Assembly (NCBI GenBank): GCA_020633895.1 | Contig: JACKCT010000011.1 | Location: 3,607-67,606 of the forward strand | Reading direction: 5' to 3' | Source: Deltaproteobacteria bacterium | GTDB lineage: Bacteria > Lernaellota > Lernaellaia > JACKCT01 | DNA: 64,000 nt | Part shown: positions 39,008 through 47,257 of the stretch, piece by piece | Layout of the letters: every line of letters begins with the position of its first letter | How positions within the stretch are numbered: the first letter of the stretch is position 1 | Translations under genes and position numbers: made by a program | The notes under the pieces: generated by a model | The model's database searches: none | Told to the model about the DNA's origin: nothing | Seen by the model: only the letters and a program-made list of their open reading frames with translations

Positions 39008-41113
39008 ATGCGTCGTGATGCGGTGCGTTGGTGGTGGGTGTTGGTGTTGGTCGTGGTGTTGGGCGCTCTGTTTGCGGCGTCGACGGCTTGCGGCGGCGAT
39101 GATGACGACGACGACACGGCTTCGGACACGGACGACGACGACGTCAGCGCCGATGACGACGATGATGATGATGACGACCTGGACGGCGACGACGACTGCA
39201 AGGCCCCGTTCGATTGCGGCGCCGACGATGACGACAACGCCATCACCCTCGATCTGGTCGACGGATGCAATATGTTCGCGACAAGCTCCGAGTGCGTCTT
39301 TCCGTTCCCGTCGTCGAATTTCGAAATCCCTGCCGACACGCCCACCGGTGTGAAACTCGACTACCCGGATGACTCGGTCCAAGTCGCCGAAGGCACCCCG
39401 CCCATCGACATGGAGCGCATCAACGCCGGTGACGGCCACTCCCCGGTCACGCCCATCCTGGTGCATTTCGGGCGGGACGTGCATCCCGACTTTTTGTTCA
39501 CCGAAGACTTCGTCGAGCGCTCCCTGGCCGACAACGCTCCCATCGCCCTGGTCAACGCCGACACCGGCGAGCGCGTGCGCGTCATGGCCGAGATGGACGC
39601 CAACCGGGTCGAGGACCTGGAAGGCCGCTACGCGCTCATCATCCGCCCGATGCAGCCCCTGGAATTCGGCGGGCGATACATTGTGGTCCTGACCAACGCG
39701 CTGACCGACAGCGAGGGCGCGTCCTTCGATTCGCCCCCGGCCTTCGCGGCGCTGAGGGATGACGTCCCGACCACCAACACCCCCGTCGAGGCGATTCGCG
39801 ATCGCTACGAAGACAACTTCGACGTTCTGGCCTTGACGGGCTACAACCGGGACGACCTCCTCCTGGCGTGGGATTTCACCGTGGCGAGCAAGGATTTCGT
39901 CTTCGGCCCGGTGCTGTCCATGCGTGAAGAGGCGATCGACGAATACGAAAAGGCGCCCATCGCCTACAAAATCGACAAGGTCTTCGACAACCCGGAACCC
40001 AATCTGGCCCGGCGCGTGGAGGGTGTGTTCACCGTCCCGAATTACCTCAACAAAGACGAGCAGTTCGAGCTGGACGCCGACGGCCTGCCCACGCTTCTGG
40101 GCGAGGACAAGAAGGTGCCCTTCACCATGATCATCCCCAAGCGGGCGCTCACCGAAGGCAAGCCGCTGCCGCTGATGATCTTCGGCCACCCGCTCTATTC
40201 CACCGGGCGCCTGTTCCTGCGCAGCTTCACGTACCTGCATGACATCGCCGAGAAGCAAGGCTTCATCGTGGTCGCCACCGACTGGCGCGGCCTGGGCACC
40301 GCCGACTTTTTGCCTCTGTTCACCAAGGTGCTCTCCGACCTCAACCAGATCGGCCGTGTCACCGAGCAGATGCAGCAGTCGATGATCAACACCATGGTCC
40401 TCACCGAACTGGCGCGCACGCGCTTCGGCTCCGACCCGGACATGAAAGTCGCCGCCAACGACCTGATCGACGACGGCCCGATCTATTATTACGGCGTCAG
40501 CTTCGGCGCCATCATGGGATCGGCGTTCATGGGCATGTCGCCCCATGTGCAGCGCGCGGCCCTCTCCCTGCCCGGCGGCGGGTGGGCCCACATCATCCCC
40601 CGGTCCATCCTCTGGGCGCCCCTGCGGTCCGTGATGCAGAAGAACTACCCCGATCCGTTGGCCCAACAACTCGGCTTCGGGTTCATCCAGCAGCGCTTCG
40701 ACCCCGCGGACTCGGCCAACTGGGCTACGCGCATCTACAACGACCCCCTGCCCGACGCGCCCAAGAACGTCGAGGTGCTCATGCAGGAGGCGATCGGCGA
40801 TTGCTATGTGCCGAATATGGGCACGGAGATCCTGGTGCGAGGCGCGGGGATGAACCAGCTCACCCCGGCGGTGGAGGTCATCGACGGTTTGACGCCGGTC
40901 ACGGCCCCGGTTTCCAAACCGGCCGTGACGCAGTTCTACATCGTCGACGAGGTCGAGGCGAATCCGCCGCCGGAAAACAACGCCGCCAAGCTCTCGTGCA
41001 ACGCGGTGCATGTCACGTCGCTGGGCCTGCCCAATCTGCAGGAACAGATCGAGCACTTCCTGGCCGACGGCGAGGTCATCCACCCCTGCGACGGTATTTG
41101 CGACCCGGATTAA
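39008..41113 (+). CDS. Secreted alpha/beta-hydrolase-fold lipoprotein with poly-Asp tether (paralog of 23938-26112)
   Basis: ACGGAGGG, 7 nt, then ATG. LGALFAASTACGG, then about 60 aa D-rich. GxSxG as YYYGVSFGAIMG. C-terminal CDGICDPD. Confidence 0.6.
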   Translation: MRRDAVRWWWVLVLVVVLGALFAASTACGGDDDDDDTASDTDDDDVSADDDDDDDDDLDGDDDCKAPFDCGADDDDNAITLDLVDGCNMFATSSECVFPFPSSNFEIPADTPTGVKLDYPDDSVQVAEGTPPIDMERINAGDGHSPVTPILVHFGRDVHPDFLFTEDFVERSLADNAPIALVNADTGERVRVMAEMDANRVEDLEGRYALIIRPMQPLEFGGRYIVVLTNALTDSEGASFDSPPAFAALRDDVPTTNTPVEAIRDRYEDNFDVLALTGYNRDDLLLAWDFTVASKDFVFGPVLSMREEAIDEYEKAPIAYKIDKVFDNPEPNLARRVEGVFTVPNYLNKDEQFELDADGLPTLLGEDKKVPFTMIIPKRALTEGKPLPLMIFGHPLYSTGRLFLRSFTYLHDIAEKQGFIVVATDWRGLGTADFLPLFTKVLSDLNQIGRVTEQMQQSMINTMVLTELARTRFGSDPDMKVAANDLIDDGPIYYYGVSFGAIMGSAFMGMSPHVQRAALSLPGGGWAHIIPRSILWAPLRSVMQKNYPDPLAQQLGFGFIQQRFDPADSANWATRIYNDPLPDAPKNVEVLMQEAIGDCYVPNMGTEILVRGAGMNQLTPAVEVIDGLTPVTAPVSKPAVTQFYIVDEVEANPPPENNAAKLSCNAVHVTSLGLPNLQEQIEHFLADGEVIHPCDGICDPD

Positions 41114-41163
41114 GGGCCGTCGACCGTCAAGGCAGGGGATTGTACGACCTGCCGGAAATCGCT

Positions 41164-41314
41164 GTCATCCCGAGCAACGCGAGGGATCTCTCGTCCGTCG
41201 TTCATCAGAGGCCGAACCGCTCGACGACCCCGCGCTAACGCCTGGGGCTCTGATGGGGCGCAGTCGTCTCCAACGACGCACGAGAGGTCCCTCACTGCGT
41301 TCGGGATGGCAACG
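41164..41314. repeat. Composite palindromic element: two inverted 30-nt GTCATCCCGAG...GAGGGATCTCTCG units flanking about 90 bp
   Basis: 41164-41193 GTCATCCCGAGCAACGCGAGGGATCTCTCG. 41281-41314 CGAGAGGTCCCTCACTGCGTTCGGGATGGCAACG in inverted orientation. Related single units at 44536-44569 (-) and 55589-55619 (+). Confidence 0.65.
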
Positions 41315-41442
41315 ATATTACTTGGTCGGACAAGCGACGACCCCGCGTTCTGAATCTTCCTTCAAATTCCGCCTGGACAACTCCCGGCCCAAACCGCTAC
41401 AAATACGGTCTTGTCATTCCCGACTGATGAGGGAGGGCCCTC

Positions 41443-43260
41443 GTGCCTGGGTGCATTGTTTCTCGATGGAAAAACGCGGCGATCGTCCTGGCGATCCTGA
41501 CGGCGCTTTTGACGGCGGCCAGTCCGGCTCAGGCCGACAAATACGCCGTGTCCATGTTCCATTTCAACGTTCAATACGTCGCCGGCGGCCTGCGCGGCTT
41601 CGCCATCGAGGCCTGGGATCAGACCGACGAGGAAAACCAGGATATGATCATCGAGGAGAGCTTCGAGCCCGTCCTCGACCTGTTCCTGGCCCACCCCGGC
41701 TGGGGCGTCGACCTGGAGATGCAGGGCCTGATGGTCGAGGTCATGGCCGAGCGGCACCCGACGGTGCTCAATAAGCTGCGCACGTTGGCCAAAAACGGCC
41801 AGGCGTCGGTCATCAGCTTCCACTACTCGGACCAACTCTTCACCGGTTTTCCCTACGAGGCCTGGGAGGACTCCGTCCGCCGAACGCAGCAGGTCTTCGA
41901 GGACAACGACATCCCCCTGTCCAAAACCGTCTTCTGCCAGGAAGGCCAGGCGGCCATGGGCATGGCTCAAGCCATGGAAGATTGGGGCTACGAAACCCTG
42001 GTGTGGCCCAAGAACCTGTGGCGCAGCCAGCACGGCGAATTTCCGCCCGACGGCCCGGACCCGTACTACACCTTCGGCAACCTGGATCTGGTCGTCGGCT
42101 CCCAGGGGCTGAACTACAACTCGGGCGAGCTGGAACTGACCTGGACCTTCTTCAACGACGGCGAACTGCTGGCCACCGGCGATTGGGACCCCTACTTCCC
42201 CACTTTCTTCAAATACAAGGAAGAAGCCGTGGAGGAATACGAGGCCAAGCTGCAAAACCTGGAAGACAACGGCTGGAAGATCGCCACCGTCGCCGAATAC
42301 GTGGAGGCCGCCAAGGAATCGTCCCACACGCCCTCCGATCCGCCGGATCTGTTTGACGGCACCTGGCAGCCCGAGTCCACCAACGGCGTCTTCCGCTGGC
42401 TGGGCGGGCCGGGGGCGATCTGGTTCAACCAGGAGCGCGACAACGCCGTGCGCACCCTGAACGCCATCGCCTATCGCGAGCTATTGGCGGCGCGGGTGGC
42501 GGCCGACGAGGCCGACCTGGACGTGGACGACGAGTTGGACGAGGCCTGGCGCCTTTTGACGTTGGGCATGGTCACGGACGCCACGGGCATCAACCCCTAC
42601 AAGGGCGAAGTGCTCTACGGCATCTCCCACGCCGGCGAGGCGGCGCGCATGGCCCGCAACATCATCGACCAAGCCAAGGCGGAATTAGCCTTGGACAAAG
42701 CGGCCATCGACGTGGCCGCCGAATCCATGGAAGAGGCCGATCCCCAAACGTCCCCGGCCGAAACGACCGCGCCGATCACCCTGGAAATCGTCGCCGACGG
42801 CCGCACGGTCAACGAAACCTGGTATGAAATTACAACCGGCGATCCGAAAATCCGGATGGTGGAGCTGGAATTCTCCGCCGGCGACAGCCGCGAGATTTCC
42901 GTCACCTTCCCCGGCAACACCGACGACATCGTCTTCACCTCCGCGCTGGTGGACGACGTACCGGTGACGTACGACCGCGCCGATTTCAACTTCTCCACCG
43001 ACGGCATCCTGGACGGCTGGCCCATGGCCCTGACCAACGGGATGATCAACATCGACGACGACCTGTTCGTCATCAAGGACCAGGGCCTGGTGCATCTGGC
43101 GGCGATCATCCGGCAGGTCGACCAGGACGTGACCTTCATGGACGGCACGGCCACGCGCGGCTCGACGGTCACGTGGCGATTCTGGCTGGTGGAAGGCACC
43201 GCCTCCCAAGCCCTCGACCTGGCCGACGAAATCAATGTCAAACCCGTGCTGATTCGCTGA
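41443..43260 (+). CDS. Secreted hypothetical protein, possible carbohydrate-active enzyme
   Basis: SPI signal ...TAASPAQADKY. The N-terminal YAVSMFHFNVQYVAGG loosely resembles GH57/GH38 signatures. No firm catalytic motif. Confidence 0.3.
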   Translation: MPGCIVSRWKNAAIVLAILTALLTAASPAQADKYAVSMFHFNVQYVAGGLRGFAIEAWDQTDEENQDMIIEESFEPVLDLFLAHPGWGVDLEMQGLMVEVMAERHPTVLNKLRTLAKNGQASVISFHYSDQLFTGFPYEAWEDSVRRTQQVFEDNDIPLSKTVFCQEGQAAMGMAQAMEDWGYETLVWPKNLWRSQHGEFPPDGPDPYYTFGNLDLVVGSQGLNYNSGELELTWTFFNDGELLATGDWDPYFPTFFKYKEEAVEEYEAKLQNLEDNGWKIATVAEYVEAAKESSHTPSDPPDLFDGTWQPESTNGVFRWLGGPGAIWFNQERDNAVRTLNAIAYRELLAARVAADEADLDVDDELDEAWRLLTLGMVTDATGINPYKGEVLYGISHAGEAARMARNIIDQAKAELALDKAAIDVAAESMEEADPQTSPAETTAPITLEIVADGRTVNETWYEITTGDPKIRMVELEFSAGDSREISVTFPGNTDDIVFTSALVDDVPVTYDRADFNFSTDGILDGWPMALTNGMINIDDDLFVIKDQGLVHLAAIIRQVDQDVTFMDGTATRGSTVTWRFWLVEGTASQALDLADEINVKPVLIR

Positions 43261-43292
43261 TGTTTTTGCGGAATTTAAGGGAGCCGACGACG

Positions 43293-43922
43293 ATGGCTTG
43301 GACGACGAAAACCTGGATCTTGACCTTGGCCCTGTTGCTGGCCCTTGGCGCCCTGAGCCTGGGATGCAAAAGCGGCGACGACGATGACGACGATTCGGTG
43401 GCCGATGACGACACCGCCGATGACGACACGACCGACGATGACACCGCGGACGACGACACATCCGATGACGACACTTCCGACGATGACACGACGGACGACG
43501 ACACCGGTGACGACGACACGGTAGAAACGGTGACGTACGACTTCCCGCTCATCCTCGAGTTTCGCAACACGGCCCAGCTTCATCTGGAAGTCACCGGCGA
43601 CGCCATCGAGGGCTCCTTCACCGCCGCCGAGGGCTACGGAAACGAGTTCATCCCCGCGAACACCGAACTTTCCGGCGAAGGCAAGCTCATGACCTTCGAA
43701 GAGGCCAAATACGAGATGTTCACGTTGGAGTTTTCCGGCGGACCGGTGACGGACGGGCCGTGCGGCGCCGAGACGGTGAACTACGCGCTGACGCTCAACC
43801 ACCAGATCGGTCAGACCGAACTGAACGGCGGCATCACCTGCCGATGCGGCGACGACCTGCGTTACAAGGGAATGCTGCGCATCCAGACCGGTGTGTATGA
43901 AGGCGGCGACGACGACGAATAG
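43293..43922 (+). CDS. Small lipoprotein with poly-Asp tether
   Basis: AAGGGA RBS then ATG. MAWTTKTWILTLALLLALGALSLGCKSG, then DDDDDDSVADDDTADDDTTDDDTADDDTSDDDTSDDDTTDDDTGDDDT. About 130-aa C-terminal domain. Confidence 0.55.
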   Translation: MAWTTKTWILTLALLLALGALSLGCKSGDDDDDDSVADDDTADDDTTDDDTADDDTSDDDTSDDDTTDDDTGDDDTVETVTYDFPLILEFRNTAQLHLEVTGDAIEGSFTAAEGYGNEFIPANTELSGEGKLMTFEEAKYEMFTLEFSGGPVTDGPCGAETVNYALTLNHQIGQTELNGGITCRCGDDLRYKGMLRIQTGVYEGGDDDE

Positions 43923-44283
43923 ACGAACGCGGACCAAGCGTCGCGGGGTCTTGGTCCTCGCGGCGTCGGCGCTTGTGACCGCCCTGGTTCTCGCGTTGAC
44001 CGGCGCGTCCTCCGGGTCGAAAAAAATCGGCGCCCAATGCACCTACGGCGGCAAATTCCTGGCCGGAAAAGTCGCCGTCGCCTCGGCTTTCCCCGATTTC
44101 GACGTGCAAATCGTCGACAGCTTCCCCGATCTGAAAGTCAAAACCGTCGACGCCTTCCCCGACTCCTGCGGCGAATGGAAATTCGTCAAAACCTCTGAAT
44201 TCCCCGATTTCACCATCCGCTACGTCAGCGCCCACCCCGACTTCAAAATCAAATACGTCCGCAGCTTCCCCGGCCTGCCCTAG
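43891..44283 (+). CDS. Small secreted protein with tandem FPDF-type short repeats
   Basis: Hydrophobic N-terminal segment. Repeats AFPDFDVQIVD, SFPDLKVKTVD, AFPDSCGEWKFVKT, EFPDFTIRYVS, HPDFKIKYVRS, FPGLP. Start uncertain; it overlaps the upstream gene by about 30 bp. Confidence 0.35.
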   Translation: MCMKAATTTNRRTRTKRRGVLVLAASALVTALVLALTGASSGSKKIGAQCTYGGKFLAGKVAVASAFPDFDVQIVDSFPDLKVKTVDAFPDSCGEWKFVKTSEFPDFTIRYVSAHPDFKIKYVRSFPGLP

Positions 44284-44712
44284 GTGGCGTAGTCGCCACG
44301 GACTGACGGATGCCAAGGCATCCTGCACGCTGTCGCGTGGGTTGAAGGCACCTTGGTGGACGTCGCTTCGCTCTAGCATTGATGATGTCCGGTCGGGCGC
44401 CGCATATTCACGACGATGCAATTTTCCGAGCTGTGCGCGGCTCTGATCCGGCGGATTCCTTTCCAACAACGTTCGACTTTGGCCGCTCCCTACCGTTCAC
44501 GGCTCTGAGCGGGCGCGAACGTCTCGAACAACGAACGAGAGATCCCTCACTTCGTTCGGGATGACAGCGAATACCGATGGGTTGGAGCGAAGCGACTTCC
44601 ACCAAAGCCCCCTCAACCTACGCGCCAGCGTCCAGGATCGCTCGCGATCCGCCAGTCCGTGCCGACTACGGCACCCTGGACTTGGGGACGTCGTGCGGTA
44701 TGATCGGCGGCG

Positions 44713-47097
44713 ATGAAACGCGCGCTTTGCCACCACGATTCCGTCCAATGCGTGTCCCGGCTGATCCGCCGTGTCGGCGTGGTCGTCGCGGTCGGCGTGC
44801 TGGCGTTCGCGTTGAGCGCGTGCGAGTTGTTGGAGGCGTCCGCGCCGCCGTCGGACGAGCTTCTCGTTCTGAACGAAACCCTCCACCGCCGGGCCGAGGC
44901 CGGCGACGTGGACGGCATCCGCGAGTTCCTGGCCGTCGCGCCCATCCCCGAAAGCGAGCAGCGCAAGGACCCCATTCGCGCCAAGGAGCTGGCCGAAGAG
45001 GCCGAACGCACCCGCCGTCAGGCCTTGCGCGCCGAGGCGTACGACGCGGTACGCACCCGCGACTACGAGCGCCTGGGCGCGTTGGTGAAGGCGGGCGTGG
45101 AGATGCGCGACGTGCTGTGGCGCGACCGGTCGCTGATGACCTACGCGCCGGACGTGGAGATGGCCGAATTTCTGGCGCAGGCGGGCCTCAGCGTTAATGG
45201 ACAGGGCCTGCCCGCCTCGCCGCTGCATGGGGTGCGCTCAAAGGATGTGGCGCTGTGGCTGATGGACAAGGGCGTGGACGTCAACACCCGCGCGCCGAGC
45301 GACGGCCAGACGCCCCTGCACCAGGCCGTCAACTGGCAGATCGCCGGTACCCTCATGAAAGCCGGGGCGGACATCCACGCCAAGGACAAGCTCGGACGCA
45401 CCCCGCTGCATGTGACGGAGTCGAGTCTGATCGCCCGGGAATTGCTCAAGGCCGGGGCCGAGTTGGAGGCCAAGGACTCGCGGGGTCGCACGCCCTTGCT
45501 GACCGCGAGGAATAACGTCGTCGCCTCGTTCCTCATCGGCCGCGGCGCGGATGTGTCGGCGACCGACAATGAAGGCCGAACCGCGCTGCACACCGCTCGC
45601 GGCGCGGACATCGTGCATGACCTGGTCAAGGCCGGGGTGCCGGTGGACGCGCGGGACAAAAAAGATCGCACGGCCCTGCATACGGCGCGAGACGGTTTCG
45701 TCGCCGAGGCCCTCATCGACGAAGGCGCGGACGTCAACGCCAAGGACGCCGTCGGCGCCACCCCCATGCACCATGCCCTGTCCACGCACGTTGCCAACGT
45801 GCTCTACCTGGCCGACGCGTCCGTGACCGCCAAGGACAACGCGGGCAAGACACCCCTGCACGAAGCCGAGTCCGTCGCCGTCGCCAAGTTCCTGATCCGG
45901 CGCGGCGCGAAGATTAACGAAGCCGACAACGAGGGGCAGACGCCGCTGGCCGACGCCATCCGACGGCGCAAGGAGGACTTGGCGGCGTATCTGCTCTCCC
46001 AGGGCGCGGACATCGCCCTGGCCGACAAGGGCGGCGAAAACCTGGTCACGCGTTCGTTCAAATGGCACTGCCACGGCGACGACCGCTTCGACAACGCCGA
46101 CTATTGGACCACCGGCGAGCCCATGCACCCCGCCCGCAAGCCTTCGGGCGAACCCACGGCCTGCACCCGCATCCTGAAGTTCCTGCTCACACGCGGCGCC
46201 TCGGTGGAGGCGGGCCTGGATCACGGCATGACGCTGCTGCATTACTTTGCCGCCATCGGCGACGAGGACATGGCCAAGACCATGATCGGCCACGACGCCC
46301 CGGTGGATGCCCGGGACCAGCGGGCCGAGACGCCCCTGTTCCTGGCCGTGGAGGCCGACGACCTGCCGACCGTGGAACTGCTGGTCGCCAACGGCGCCGA
46401 CGTGAACATCCAAAATTCGGCCGGGATGACGCCCCTGCACATGGCCGCCGACGGCGGCTCCGCCGCCATGACCAAACGCCTGCTCGAAATGGGCGCCCGG
46501 GTCAACGCCCGCGCCTCCGGCGATCGCACGCCCCTGCATCTGGCGGCGGGGGGACGGCATGCCAAGGCGGCCGAGGCGCTGGTGGCGGCCGAAGCCGAGA
46601 TCGCCGCCCTTGACGCCAAGCATCGCACTCCCCTGCACTGGGCGGCGGCGGCCGGGGCGACGGATGTGGCCAAGTTGCTGATCGCCAAGGGCGCCGACAC
46701 TAATGTTCAGGACGACGACGGCGCCACTCCCCTCCATGCCGCGGCTTCGGGCGGGCACCGGGCCCTGGCGCGGTTGCTGCTCGACTCCGGCGCCCACCCG
46801 GATATCCGGGACGACGCGGGGGCCACGGCGCTGCACAAACTGGTTGCCGGCGGCTACGATTGGCTCGGTGAGCTTTTGAGTTCCGGCGCCAACCCCAATC
46901 TGGCCGATAAATCAGGACAAACGCCCTTGCACGTCGCCGTCGCCAGGCAGGATCGCGGAGCCGTGCGGGCGTTGCTGGAGTTCGGCGCGGACGTGCATCT
47001 GCGCGATAATATTGACCGAACGCCCCTCGCCTTGGCCGAATCCCTGGGCGCCTCGGGCATCGCCGAAGACCTGAAAAAGGCCGGCGCCCGGGCCTGA
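44713..47097 (+). CDS. Ankyrin-repeat lipoprotein (about 20 ANK repeats)
   Basis: Signal and lipobox VLAFALSAC. Repeated G.TPLH.A.......V..LL..GA..N motifs throughout its 794 aa. Confidence 0.75.
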   Translation: MKRALCHHDSVQCVSRLIRRVGVVVAVGVLAFALSACELLEASAPPSDELLVLNETLHRRAEAGDVDGIREFLAVAPIPESEQRKDPIRAKELAEEAERTRRQALRAEAYDAVRTRDYERLGALVKAGVEMRDVLWRDRSLMTYAPDVEMAEFLAQAGLSVNGQGLPASPLHGVRSKDVALWLMDKGVDVNTRAPSDGQTPLHQAVNWQIAGTLMKAGADIHAKDKLGRTPLHVTESSLIARELLKAGAELEAKDSRGRTPLLTARNNVVASFLIGRGADVSATDNEGRTALHTARGADIVHDLVKAGVPVDARDKKDRTALHTARDGFVAEALIDEGADVNAKDAVGATPMHHALSTHVANVLYLADASVTAKDNAGKTPLHEAESVAVAKFLIRRGAKINEADNEGQTPLADAIRRRKEDLAAYLLSQGADIALADKGGENLVTRSFKWHCHGDDRFDNADYWTTGEPMHPARKPSGEPTACTRILKFLLTRGASVEAGLDHGMTLLHYFAAIGDEDMAKTMIGHDAPVDARDQRAETPLFLAVEADDLPTVELLVANGADVNIQNSAGMTPLHMAADGGSAAMTKRLLEMGARVNARASGDRTPLHLAAGGRHAKAAEALVAAEAEIAALDAKHRTPLHWAAAAGATDVAKLLIAKGADTNVQDDDGATPLHAAASGGHRALARLLLDSGAHPDIRDDAGATALHKLVAGGYDWLGELLSSGANPNLADKSGQTPLHVAVARQDRGAVRALLEFGADVHLRDNIDRTPLALAESLGASGIAEDLKKAGARA

Positions 47098-47257
47098 CCC
47101 TCATCTTTTTTTCAGATTTTTTGAATTTTTGCCGAAAAAGTGACAGATTAGTTTTCGTTAGAATCAATACGTGTCCACCGGTCAGCGTTGCCCTTCAGGC
47201 TGTACTGAAATACCAAAACGGTCAGTTGGGAGACCGGGGGACAATCGAGGTTAGGAG

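Noticed and set aside
39095-39250. Possibility that the poly-Asp tracts are RTX-type calcium-binding repeats
   Set aside because: There is no GGxGxDxUx nonapeptide periodicity. The tracts are homopolymeric DDDx and sit N-terminal right after the lipobox, not in a C-terminal beta-roll.
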